The notes under the pieces are model-generated. The model worked only from the letters and a program-made list of their open reading frames with translations. It made no database searches and was not told where the DNA came from. DNA of 59,718 nt, filler included. It is 7 parts of 7 records of this genome, joined end to end, with 100 filler letters (N's around TTAATTAATTAA, not from the genome) between each part and the next. Parts side by side here need not be neighbours in the genome. Positions count along the whole stretch, not along the records: positions 29,142 to 35,836 come from SRR20825006_2051; positions 35,937 to 41,437 come from SRR20825006_2059; 5 more parts are not named here. One strand, 5' to 3'. A program made the position numbers and the translations under genes. This document shows positions 29,142 through 38,712 of the stretch, in pieces. Numbering within the stretch: position 1 is the first letter of the stretch; every line of letters begins with the position of its first letter.

Positions 29142-30006
29142 CGCGACCGGCAAGGGCAACGATCAGGTGCGGTTTGAATTGGCAGCCTATGCGCTGGACC
29201 CAAATATCCGCGTGATTGCGCCTTGGCGTGAGTGGGATTTGCAGTCGCGTACCCGTTTGCTTGAATTTGCTGAACAGCACCAAATTCCAGTGCCTAAAGA
29301 TAAGCGTGGTGAAGCGCCATTCTCTGTGGATGCGAACCTGTTGCACACCTCGTCTGAAGGCAAAGTGTTGGAAGATCCAGCCGTGGAAGCGCCGGATTAT
29401 GTATATCAACGCACTGTAAATCCAGAAGATGCGCCGGATACGCCAGAATATATCACTGTGGAATTTGAAAAAGGCGATCCAATCGCCATCAATGGTGAAA
29501 AGCTAACGCCGGCTGCGTTGCTGACTAAGCTGAACGAATTGGGCGGCAAGCATGGCATTGGCCGCTTGGATTTGGTTGAAAACCGCTTTGTGGGCATGAA
29601 GTCCCGTGGCATCTATGAAACGCCGGGCGGCACCATTTTGCTTGAAGCACACCGAGGCATGGAATCCATCACCTTGGACCGTGGCGCTGCGCATCTTAAA
29701 GATGAGATTATGCCGCGTTATGCTGAGCTGATCTATAATGGCTTCTGGTATTCGCCAGAGCGTGAAATGCTACAAGCTTTGATCGATAAGAGCCAGGAAA
29801 TGGTGGCCGGTGAAGTGCGCCTGAAGCTTTATAAGGGCAGCGCAACTGTTGTGGGCCGCACCTCACCATTCTCTTTGTATTCAGAAGATTTGGTGACCTT
29901 TGAAGAAGGTTCAGGCACTTATGATCACCATGATGCCCAAGGCTTCATCAAATTGAATGGCTTGCGGTTGAAAACATATGCCGCACGTCGCGATTTGAAA
30001 AAATGA
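29142..30006 (+). CDS. argG: Argininosuccinate synthase (5'-truncated)
   Basis: [46 protein letters not shown]. Confidence 0.97.
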
Positions 30007-30605
30007 GGCTGACGCTGGACCATTTGGTTTTGGGCACTGCCGATTTATCGCGCGGGGCCGCTCAATTGACCGAATGGTTTGGCGTTGAACCGTTTGGCGG
30101 TGGCGAGCATGAATTGTTTGCCACCCACAATAAATTATGGCGTATCGAGGCGCCGCATTATCCCATCTATCTTGAATTGATCGCCATCAATCCTGCTGCG
30201 TCGCCCAAGCGGTCGCGCTGGTTCGGGCTTGATGCGCCAAGCTTTGCTGGCGACGACATCGCTGCCATTGGCATGGTGGCGCGGTGCGAAGATATTGCGC
30301 AAACCGCGCGGGAGATGGGGCCAGATCATTATGAGATTTTGGATTTGGCGCGTGGGGAATTGCGCTGGCAATTTGCGGTGGAGCGACATGGCTATGTGTT
30401 TCCGTCGTCAACGCCGAATTTGATTGAATGGCAGGGCGCGCACCCGCTTGATCATGCCGCGCCGCAAGGGCTTGAGCTGCAACAAGTGATTTGGCCAAGC
30501 GCCATGGCGTTGGCCTTAGATTGGCCTTGCCCTGTGGTTCCAAGCGACGATGGCGAGTTCGGCTTCCGCCTGGCCAATGGTATTGGTCAAACCATTCAAT
30601 TTTAA
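30003..30605 (+). CDS. VOC/glyoxalase-like family protein
   Basis: LDHLV...[11 protein letters not shown]...YLELIAINP...RWFGLD...LIEWQG; ATGA overlap with argG. Confidence 0.85.
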   Translation: MRLTLDHLVLGTADLSRGAAQLTEWFGVEPFGGGEHELFATHNKLWRIEAPHYPIYLELIAINPAASPKRSRWFGLDAPSFAGDDIAAIGMVARCEDIAQTAREMGPDHYEILDLARGELRWQFAVERHGYVFPSSTPNLIEWQGAHPLDHAAPQGLELQQVIWPSAMALALDWPCPVVPSDDGEFGFRLANGIGQTIQF

Positions 30606-30793
30606 ATCAAATTTCTGGTTCGCTGCTGCTTTGAGGTGATTAGACGAAAGCGGTGGGTTGGTATCATTCAGGTCATCTTGAGCAAAAGCCCTTATTTCAG
30701 GCACTATGCGCAGGATTTTGACTGCATTGCGAACTCCCATTTGCTGCTGATAAATCGAATTGTGGGGGTCTCTCAGCGCCAGATGAGAGACCC

Positions 30794-31993
30794 TTATTTA
30801 TTGTCCAAATTCTCTTTATTTCGCCGCACCAAATTGTTGGCGTAGACAATGAATATGCCTGCCAACAATCCCCAAAACGCACCCGCGACTCCAAAGAAGC
30901 TCACGCCGGAGGCGCTGATGAGGAAGGTGACGGCAGCGGCTTCACGATGGTTTTCGCCCTCAAACGCGCCTTTGGCTGATCCGGCGAACGCGCCGATCAG
31001 GGCAAGGCCAGCCACCGCTTCGATCAAAATGCCGGGTGCGAGGGTGATGAAGGTGGCGGCGACCCCGGCGGCCAAGCCGAAAAACAAATAGGCAATGCCG
31101 GCAATGATGGCGGCCCAATAGCGTTTTTGTGGGTTGGGATGGGCATCTTCGCTGGCGCACATGGCGGCGGTGATGGCGGCCAAAGTGATCCCGTGAGCCC
31201 CAAAGGGCGCGGCCAATAGGCTGAACACACCTGTGGTGGAGAAAAGGCTGCCCGCGGGCGCTTCATAATTATGCACCCGCAACACGGTGAGGCCGGGAAT
31301 ATTTTGGCTGGCCATATTGACGAAAAATAGCGGCAGCGCGAGGCCAAACAAAGCAGGCAGGCTGAAACCGGGCATCACCAGATCTAGCTTTGGGGGGAAA
31401 GCCGCTGCCAATTGCGCGGCGCTGTCTGCGGGCAATTCGATGGCCAGCACCACCACAATCACAAAGGCGATCAAGGCGGCGGGCACCGCCAGCACTTTGT
31501 TGAAGCGGCCCACAATCAGCCACGCCAAAACGATGGGTAGGCCAAGGGCCGGGTTGAACGCGATGGCTTTAAACGGCGCGAAACATAAGATCACCAAAAT
31601 GCCTGCCAGCATGGCGTTGGCAATGGCACTTGGGATTTTATTGATCAGGGTGCCGAAGGGTTTGATCTGCCCGGCCAAAATCACCAAGATTGAGCTGATG
31701 ATAAAGGCACCAATGGCCACGCCAAAACCGCCCTCGATGGGGCCGGAATTGATCAATAGGGCCGCGCCGGGGGTGGACCAGGCCACAGAAATGGGCATGC
31801 GATATTTGCGGGCGAGGTAAATACCGCCCAATCCCATGGAGATCGACAGCATCATCAAGCCAGTTGCGGCCTCAGCATCGGTGGCGCCCACGGCGCGCAG
31901 GCCTTGCAGCACAACGGCAAAAGAGCTGGCGAAGCCGACAAAGGCAACCAAAATGCCCATAAAAAAGGCTTGGGCGGAGAAGTCTTTAAACAT
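30794..31993 (-). CDS. benE: Benzoate/H+ symporter BenE family transporter
   Basis: AWSTPGAAL, MASQNIPG, LAAITAAMC, AFWGLLAG. Confidence 0.88.
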   Translation of the reverse strand: MFKDFSAQAFFMGILVAFVGFASSFAVVLQGLRAVGATDAEAATGLMMLSISMGLGGIYLARKYRMPISVAWSTPGAALLINSGPIEGGFGVAIGAFIISSILVILAGQIKPFGTLINKIPSAIANAMLAGILVILCFAPFKAIAFNPALGLPIVLAWLIVGRFNKVLAVPAALIAFVIVVVLAIELPADSAAQLAAAFPPKLDLVMPGFSLPALFGLALPLFFVNMASQNIPGLTVLRVHNYEAPAGSLFSTTGVFSLLAAPFGAHGITLAAITAAMCASEDAHPNPQKRYWAAIIAGIAYLFFGLAAGVAATFITLAPGILIEAVAGLALIGAFAGSAKGAFEGENHREAAAVTFLISASGVSFFGVAGAFWGLLAGIFIVYANNLVRRNKENLDNK

Positions 31994-32235
31994 GGCAGGT
32001 CGATTATTGGTGGCGTAATGCTGAGTACTGTACATTATTCGGGTATATTGCGAAGGAAAAACTGGGTTTGGCGCAGCATTGGCTGTTGCCGATGGCGCAC
32101 ATATTTACCTAAAACTACAGTTCAGGGGCTTTAAGACCCGGTTTTTCGGTTGTTTGCGCAAATAGGTCTTGCTCCAAAGCCGTAACGCAAGTAAAGCAGC
32201 GGCAGATAGAACTCCCAATAGATTGGACCTTTAAA

Positions 32236-34053
32236 ATGGCTTTGCGCAATATCGCCATCATCGCGCACGTTGACCATGGTAAAACGACCCTGATTGACGT
32301 GCTTTTGAAACAATCCGGCTCCTTCCGCGAAAACCAACGCGTTGAAGAGCGGGCTATGGACAGCAATGATCTGGAGCGTGAACGCGGCATTACCATTTTG
32401 GCCAAAGTCACCTCGGTGGATTGGAAAGACACGCACATCAATATTGTGGACACACCGGGCCACGCCGACTTTGGCGGTGAAGTGGAGCGGATCCTCAACA
32501 TGGTGGATGGCGCGATTGTGTTGGTGGATGCGGCTGAAGGCCCAATGCCACAAACCAAATTTGTGTTGTCTAAAGCGTTGAAAATTGGCCTTAAGCCGAT
32601 TGTTGCGATCAACAAGATCGACAAGCCTGATCAGCGCGCTGAAGAAGTGCTTGATGAGATTTTTGATTTGTTCGTGGCGCTGGACGCCAATGAAGAACAG
32701 TTGGATTTCAAAGTGCTTTACGGTTCAGCCAAGCAGGGCTGGATGGCAGCGGACCCAAGCGGCCCGCAAGAAAGCATGACCCCGTTGTTGGATATGGTGA
32801 TTGACCATGTTCCTGCGCCCACAGTGGAAGAGGGTGAGTTTAAAATGTTGGCGACCACCATCGAATCCAACCCATTTTTGGGCCGGATTTTGACAGGTCG
32901 CGTGGTTTCAGGTTCGATCAAGCCAAATGATCAAGTGCACGGCCTTTCTGCTGATGGCACCGTGATTGAGCGTGGTCGGATTTCAAAAGTGCTGACCTTT
33001 AAAGGGTTGGAGCGTGTGCCGGTGGAAGAAGCGAAGGCGGGCGACATTGTTGCGCTTTCTGGCTTGTTGACCACCACGGTGGCGGACACAATTGCGTCGC
33101 CTAGCGTGAAAGAAGCTTTGCAGGCGCAGCCGATCGATCCCCCAACCTTGTCCATGTCGTTCCGGGTGAATGATGGTCCGTTGGCGGGCACAGAAGGTGA
33201 CAAAGTTCAGTCACGCGTTATTCGTGATCGCCTTTATGCGGAAGCAGAGGGCAATGTGGCCTTGCAGGTGACTGACGGTGAAGATGGTGACAGCTATGAT
33301 GTGGCTGGCCGTGGCGAATTGCTGTTGTCTGTTTTGATCGAAACCATGCGTCGTGAAGGGTTTGAGCTTTGCTTGGGCCGTCCGAAAGTGGTGTTCCGGG
33401 AAGAAAATGGCCAAACATTGGAGCCTATTGAGGAAGTGATCATCGATGTGGATGAAGAATTCTCAGGCCCAGTGGTGCAAAAACTTTCAGAGCGCAAAGG
33501 CGATTTGATTGAGATGAAACCATCTGGCGGTGGTCGCACCCGTTTGGTGCTGCATGTGCCAACCCGCGGTTTGATCGGTTATCAGCCTGAATTGTTGTCG
33601 GACACACGTGGCACAGCGATCTTTAACCGCGTATTCCATGAATATGCGCCATATCGCGGCAAAATGCAGAGCCGTCGCACAGGCGTGTTGATTTCCAATG
33701 GCAATGGTAAAGCCGTGCCGTTTGCAATGTTCAACTTGGAAGATCGTGGCCCGATGATCATCGAGCCAGGCGTGGACGTTTATGAAGGCATGATTATTGG
33801 CGAGCATTCGCGCGGCAATGATTTGGAAGTGAACGTGCTCAAAGGCAAGCAGCTCACCAACGTGCGGGCGGCTGGTAAAGACGATGCGGTGAAACTAACA
33901 CCACCAAAGAAAATGTCTTTGGAGCAAGCTTTGTCTTACATCGCTGATGACGAATATGTGGAAGTGACGCCAAAAAGCATTCGCTTGCGCAAAATCATGC
34001 TCGATCCGAACGATCGTAAGCGTGCGTCACGGGCGGCTGCAAAAGCGTCTTAA
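32236..34053 (+). CDS. typA: Translational GTPase TypA/BipA
   Basis: [51 protein letters not shown]. Confidence 0.98.
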   Translation: MALRNIAIIAHVDHGKTTLIDVLLKQSGSFRENQRVEERAMDSNDLERERGITILAKVTSVDWKDTHINIVDTPGHADFGGEVERILNMVDGAIVLVDAAEGPMPQTKFVLSKALKIGLKPIVAINKIDKPDQRAEEVLDEIFDLFVALDANEEQLDFKVLYGSAKQGWMAADPSGPQESMTPLLDMVIDHVPAPTVEEGEFKMLATTIESNPFLGRILTGRVVSGSIKPNDQVHGLSADGTVIERGRISKVLTFKGLERVPVEEAKAGDIVALSGLLTTTVADTIASPSVKEALQAQPIDPPTLSMSFRVNDGPLAGTEGDKVQSRVIRDRLYAEAEGNVALQVTDGEDGDSYDVAGRGELLLSVLIETMRREGFELCLGRPKVVFREENGQTLEPIEEVIIDVDEEFSGPVVQKLSERKGDLIEMKPSGGGRTRLVLHVPTRGLIGYQPELLSDTRGTAIFNRVFHEYAPYRGKMQSRRTGVLISNGNGKAVPFAMFNLEDRGPMIIEPGVDVYEGMIIGEHSRGNDLEVNVLKGKQLTNVRAAGKDDAVKLTPPKKMSLEQALSYIADDEYVEVTPKSIRLRKIMLDPNDRKRASRAAAKAS

Positions 34054-34072
34054 GCGAATTTGCTTTTTAAGT

Positions 34073-34567
34073 TTAAGAAGCGTCGGGTGTTCCCGGCGCT
34101 TTTTTTGTTCTGAGCGCCGACACCAAATAGCGTTCATAGGCCATATGGCGGCGCAATTTTTCAAAAAAGCCGCGCAGCATATATCCGGTCGCATTGGCCG
34201 ATTGAGAGGGGTGGCCCTCAATGATGGCGCGCAAATTGTCGCGCACTTCTTCAGCGAAACATAAATCTTCATAATGCTCTTCGCGCAGTTGGGCGAAGAT
34301 TTCTTTCATGTCTGTTTCCAGCAGGCTTAGCGCTTGCAGTGCAGGAAAAAGCTCTTTTTCTTCAAATGCTTGTGCGTCTGATAGGGTTTTAACAATGCCG
34401 TCGCTGGTGAATTTGCACAGGGTGGGGTCTGCCTGATCCGGCAGCAAATCTGCGATCAATTCCAACCGGCCGCACAGGGTTTCCATTTGGCGCTGATGTG
34501 CGTCAAATCCGTCCAATACGGCTTGTGCTCTATTTCTTTCCAAAGCGGATGTGCTATCAGTTTTCAT
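34073..34567 (-). CDS. Hemerythrin-like domain protein
   Basis: H..Q...C..LE.IAD.LP, FEEKELFP, EEHYED, GYMLRGFFEKLRRHMAYE; divergent from ccoN. Confidence 0.8.
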   Translation of the reverse strand: MKTDSTSALERNRAQAVLDGFDAHQRQMETLCGRLELIADLLPDQADPTLCKFTSDGIVKTLSDAQAFEEKELFPALQALSLLETDMKEIFAQLREEHYEDLCFAEEVRDNLRAIIEGHPSQSANATGYMLRGFFEKLRRHMAYERYLVSALRTKKAPGTPDAS

Positions 34568-34639
34568 GTTGCTTTGATTTGTTCTTTAAAAAGGTTGCGC
34601 CAACTGAGGGCATGATGGCGTTGAAAATTCTATTTGGCC

Positions 34640-34653
34640 TTGACCTAGATCAA
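34640..34653. promoter_or_regulatory. FNR/FixK (anaerobox) site
   Basis: TTGACCTAGATCAA versus consensus TTGAT-N4-ATCAA (1 mismatch), about 95 nt upstream of ccoN. Confidence 0.85.
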
Positions 34654-34748
34654 CGAGGCGATGACCGCACCTCGATAAGTTGCGGATGGGGCAAACCGGG
34701 AAGAATTTCCGGTTAAACTTAAACCGAGATTATTTTCTGCGGGGAAAT

Positions 34749-35836
34749 ATGAGAAATTTAGGCTGGACGATCTTGCTGGCAATTGGGGCTGTGCTGTCGC
34801 TTTTGGCGGCTGGCTTTGCACAAGACGTATTATTTCAAACACATGCGTGGGTTGTGTTTTTTGCGCTCGCGCTGGGGACAATCTTTGTCCTCCGCAAAGT
34901 TGATTTTGCGGGGAACGCAGCACCGGTTGATAAATCGGGCTATTTTGACGACCCAATTCGCGCAGGTGTGATCCTGACGACTTTCTGGGGTGTTGTTGGC
35001 TTTTTGGTTGGGGTTGTGGTTGCGTTGCAATTGGCATTCCCACAGCTCAACATTGAACCTTATTTGAATTTTGGTCGCTTGCGCCCATTGCACACCTCAG
35101 CGGTGATTTTTGCATTTGGCGGTACAGCTTTGATCACCTCCAGCTTCTATGTGGTGCAGCGCACAACCAGCGCGCGCCTATTGTCTGATGGCTTGGCCCA
35201 GTTCGTGTTCTGGGGCTACCAGCTTTTCATTTTGATGGCGGCCAGCGGCTATGTGCTCGGCATTACTCAGGGGCGTGAATATGCTGAACCTGAATGGTAT
35301 GTAGACATCTGGATCACCATTGTTTGGGTAGGCTATTTGATCCTGTTCCTCGGCACTTTGTTTAAACGCAAAGAACCACACATTTATGTGGCGAACTGGT
35401 TCTATCTCGCCTTTATCTTCACCATTGCCATGTTGCATGTGGTGAACAATTTGGCGATGCCGGTTTCTCCATTCTCTATGAAGAGCTATTCCGCTTTTGC
35501 TGGCGTGCAGGATGCATTGACCCAGTGGTGGTATGGCCACAATGCGGTGGGCTTCTTCCTCACAGCGGGCTTCTTGGGCATGATGTATTACTTTATGCCA
35601 AAGCAAGCCGAACGTCCGGTTTACTCTTACCGTTTGTCCATCATTCACTTCTGGTCTTTGATCTTTATGTATATCTGGGCCGGTCCACACCATTTGCACT
35701 ACACTGCGTTGCCAGACTGGGCGCAAACTTTGGGCATGGTGTTCTCTGTAATGCTCTGGATGCCTTCTTGGGGCGGCATGATCAACGGCTTGATGACCCT
35801 GTCAGGCGCTTGGGACAAGCTGCGCACCGATCCGAT
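34749..35836 (+). CDS. ccoN: cbb3-type cytochrome c oxidase subunit I (3'-truncated)
   Basis: [47 protein letters not shown]. Confidence 0.97.
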
Positions 35837-35936
35837 NNNNNNNNNNNNNNNNNNNNNNNNNNNNNNNNNNNNNNNNNNNNTTAATTAATTAANNNNNNNN
35901 NNNNNNNNNNNNNNNNNNNNNNNNNNNNNNNNNNNN
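35837..35936. other. Artificial contig linker
   Basis: N44-TTAATTAATTAA-N44. Confidence 0.99.
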
Positions 35937-35938
35937 CC

Positions 35939-36109
35939 TCGGGTGTTCCCGCGGGCGCGACGCTCGAATCATTTGAGACGGACAGAGAACGCGCCGCAAA
36001 TGATTCGAAAAAGCGCCACAAGAGGATCGCGCGCAGCTTTATCTCGGGTGTTCGACAACGCCAGGCCTCGAGAGAAAGAGCCAGGAACGCCCGCCTGGAG
36101 CAGGAGTGA
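35939..36109 (+). CDS. C-terminal fragment of a hypothetical protein
   Basis: Open frame from the contig edge, SGVPAGATLESFETDRERAANDSKKRHKRIARSF...ARLEQE*, co-oriented with downstream genes. Confidence 0.45.
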   Translation, partial: SGVPAGATLESFETDRERAANDSKKRHKRIARSFISGVRQRQASRERARNARLEQE

Positions 36110-36142
36110 ACTCTCCACGTCACGAGTCAAACGAGGACCGCC

Positions 36143-36553
36143 ATGGATAACAATGAACTCGCGGGCTTGGTCCGCGCCGTATCGAACCAGCACAACCCCG
36201 AGGAGCGCGCTGTGCTTCTCCAAAGACTCAAGCAGGCGCTCACGCAAGAGGAGCTGCTCGCGATGCTCGAGCGCCCGCTCTGTGTCGAGGCGATCACCAG
36301 GAGCGAGGTGGATGTCTGGCTGGATACGAGCGTGGTGCACGGTGAGGAGCAATGGAATTGCCCTTCCTGTGGTGCCGGCCTCTGGAGTTCCCCAGCGATG
36401 TACGCCTATGAGCGTCCCGAGTTTACCGCAAACTTCAACGAGTCAGGGATCCACATCCGGCGCGCCGGTATCGAGCATGTCCAAGCCGGCGCACCTATCA
36501 TCGAATGCGAGTGTGGCAAACGCATCGGCGTGAGGTCTTCGGGAGATGAGTGA
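36143..36553 (+). CDS. Hypothetical protein with putative zinc ribbon
   Basis: GAGGA RBS; CPSC and CECG Cys pairs; stop overlaps next start. Confidence 0.65.
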   Translation: MDNNELAGLVRAVSNQHNPEERAVLLQRLKQALTQEELLAMLERPLCVEAITRSEVDVWLDTSVVHGEEQWNCPSCGAGLWSSPAMYAYERPEFTANFNESGIHIRRAGIEHVQAGAPIIECECGKRIGVRSSGDE

Positions 36554-37157
36554 TTGGACGGCGTGGGGCGATTGCGAGGAGATCGCAGAGATGTTGGGCA
36601 CTTCTCCGGCTGCGGTCGCCGCTGCGGCGCGCGAAGGGCGCTGGGCCGAGCGCTGCGCTGCGCCACCGGATAGCCGCAAGCGCTATTTCTACCGCGCTGA
36701 TTTCGAGCAAAAACCAGCAAAGGCGGGGTGGAAGAGCTTCGGACAGATTCACTTCCCCGCAGCCGTGATCCTCGAGCCCCACACCATGGAACAGCTCGCC
36801 AACGCGCTGGATGTTGCCGAGCGTTCGCTTTACAGGTGGCTCGCGCAGGGAAAGCTCGAGTCGCACGAGGGCGAACCCGCAAGCTACACGATCAAGCTCC
36901 AGGGCTCGGGCGCGCTCGCGCAGTGGCGGACCATCACAGATCTCTCCGACCTCATCGACATCCCCAGATCGTCGCTCGAGCGTCGACTCTTCGAGAGGAA
37001 CACTGTCGATGCGTTGCAATGGGCGCACTATCAGGTACGCGAGTCCCAGGCGCGCGGGACGAAGTGGGAGGCGAGGATCGCGCCGGGCCACACGCCCGAG
37101 GCGTTGACGCGTGATGCCATCGAGGACCTCATCGCCTCGCGTTCTATCGATAGCTGA
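36546..37157 (+). CDS. DNA-binding protein with repeated excisionase-like HTH motifs
   Basis: EEIAEMLGTSPAAV, EQLANALDVAERSLYRWLAQGKL, TDLSDLIDIPRSSLERRL. Confidence 0.65.
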   Translation: MSDWTAWGDCEEIAEMLGTSPAAVAAAAREGRWAERCAAPPDSRKRYFYRADFEQKPAKAGWKSFGQIHFPAAVILEPHTMEQLANALDVAERSLYRWLAQGKLESHEGEPASYTIKLQGSGALAQWRTITDLSDLIDIPRSSLERRLFERNTVDALQWAHYQVRESQARGTKWEARIAPGHTPEALTRDAIEDLIASRSIDS

Positions 37158-37226
37158 TCGACTTGCTTGAAATGATGCTTATCGTCTAGATTGGCGGTTA
37201 GCAAAACCTCACATCAGGAGCAAGCA

Positions 37227-37451
37227 ATGAAGACGCGCATGCACAACGGTTACAAGCAGTTCTACGAAAATGGCAGGTGGGTCTACACCCACCGACGCGT
37301 GGCACAGAAGAAGGTCGGTGGCGCCATCGGCAAGGGTCGGCATGTCCACCACGTCAACGGCAACAAGACCGACAACAGGCCGAGCAACCTGCGCGTGATG
37401 TCCGCCAGCGACCACGCCAAGCTCCACGCACGCCAACGCAACAAGAAGTAA
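37227..37451 (+). CDS. Small HNH endonuclease (HNH_3 type)
   Basis: HRRVA...VHHVNGNKTDNRPSNL...H; AGGAG RBS. Confidence 0.85.
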   Translation: MKTRMHNGYKQFYENGRWVYTHRRVAQKKVGGAIGKGRHVHHVNGNKTDNRPSNLRVMSASDHAKLHARQRNKK

Positions 37452-37538
37452 CCTCGCTTCGTTCGGTGAAAACAGCCTCGGTGTCACATCTCCTTCTTGA
37501 GACAACACGTTCACATCGACGGATAAGAGGAGGTCAGG

Positions 37539-38192
37539 ATGGAGATGCCACCCGAGGAAGAGATCATCGACGCGCTCGTGCGCTGGGGTGTCAAGGGGAC
37601 AACAGAGGAATACGAGGTCTCACGCGAGCAGGTGATGTCCTGGATAAGGGCCATCGCCAAGTCTCGGTGTGAGGCTGAGGCGACGGAGCTGCACCCCTGG
37701 AACCAGTGGCAGACCCCGGCACGCCTCGGGAGAATTCTTGGGGTAAGCGGCGGCACTATCGGGAGGCGCGGCTCGTCTCGCGCCGTACACTGGCCACAAT
37801 TCGAACAGCGGACGGTTGGCAACACTTACGAGTATCGTGTTGCTCCTGGGACAGACCCTTATGTCTCTGTCGAGGATGAGGAAGACCTCGTTAGCTTGAA
37901 GAAGATGCTCACACAGTCAACCGAGCATCGCGCGAAGCTCCAGGCCGAGAACGATGACCTGCGCGCGCAGTTGTTCGAAGCGAATCGCATCATCGAGCTC
38001 GTTCGCCTGGGCGCCGACCACGCACCCGTGAAAACCTCGCCGCGCGATCGCCAGCTCCTCGAGCTCATCGAACACCTGGATCGTCGACTCCAGAAGCTCG
38101 AGAGTGAAAAGAAATCAGAGGAGGAGGTGGTCCTGGATCATGAGGGCACCGAGCAGGAGAGCGAGCAACGCGCATGGACTCAGACTCACTGA
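37539..38192 (+). CDS. Hypothetical protein, HTH-like motif plus C-terminal coiled coil
   Basis: GAGGAGG RBS; WQTPARLGRILGVSGGTIGRR; KLQAENDDLRAQL heptads. Confidence 0.65.
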   Translation: MEMPPEEEIIDALVRWGVKGTTEEYEVSREQVMSWIRAIAKSRCEAEATELHPWNQWQTPARLGRILGVSGGTIGRRGSSRAVHWPQFEQRTVGNTYEYRVAPGTDPYVSVEDEEDLVSLKKMLTQSTEHRAKLQAENDDLRAQLFEANRIIELVRLGADHAPVKTSPRDRQLLELIEHLDRRLQKLESEKKSEEEVVLDHEGTEQESEQRAWTQTH

Positions 38193-38213
38193 ACAAATCC
38201 AACGAGGTTCATT

Positions 38214-38621
38214 TTGATTCGTGTAATCACAGAGAGCTTCGCCAATGAGGGACGAAGCGAAGTTGGGATAACCCTGGTTGTTGGCGGCGTCATCATCACT
38301 GGCAATATAACTGGGAGCAACGTCACCCTATTGGAAAAGTTCAAGCACCTGTTTCAAAGAACAGTGCCAAGCTCCAAGGAAAGCGCAGAGATACTAAGAA
38401 CGCTCAGCGACGTTTTCGAAAAGCAGCTCGAGGTTTTATCGTTGGGCAATCTAAGACCGCCTGAGCCTGACGAAGAAGAACTCGATCCCAACGAACGGAC
38501 TTTTGTTATCTATGATGCTGCTATCATCAGCGACGGCAAGCGTATCCCAGAGAACGGCACCATAATGGAGGTGAGAACATCGTCGGTGGATGTTTGGATG
38601 CTCGGAAAGCTGTCAGGGTAG
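38214..38621 (+). CDS. Hypothetical protein (GvpU-like beta motif); start uncertain
   Basis: VGITLVVGGVIITG...VRTSSVDVWMLGKLS; TTG start; in frame with the upstream ORF. Confidence 0.55.
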   Translation: MIRVITESFANEGRSEVGITLVVGGVIITGNITGSNVTLLEKFKHLFQRTVPSSKESAEILRTLSDVFEKQLEVLSLGNLRPPEPDEEELDPNERTFVIYDAAIISDGKRIPENGTIMEVRTSSVDVWMLGKLSG

Positions 38622-38712
38622 GCCGAAGCGTCAGAGTAGGATTTCCAACCCTGACGAAGATGTTCGAATAATCAATCTTTATGTAAAAGTTTTGGATTTA
38701 CTGGAGGAAAAG

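Noticed and set aside
35938-36053. 12-bp inverted repeat (TCGAATCATTTG/CAAATGATTCGA) between 11-bp direct repeats (CTCGGGTGTTC)
   Set aside because: Lies in a plausible coding frame at a contig edge, with only two copies; insufficient for a CRISPR, att site or retron ncRNA call
38214-38621. Gas vesicle function
   Set aside because: Only a short GvpU-like motif and no gvpA or other gvp genes
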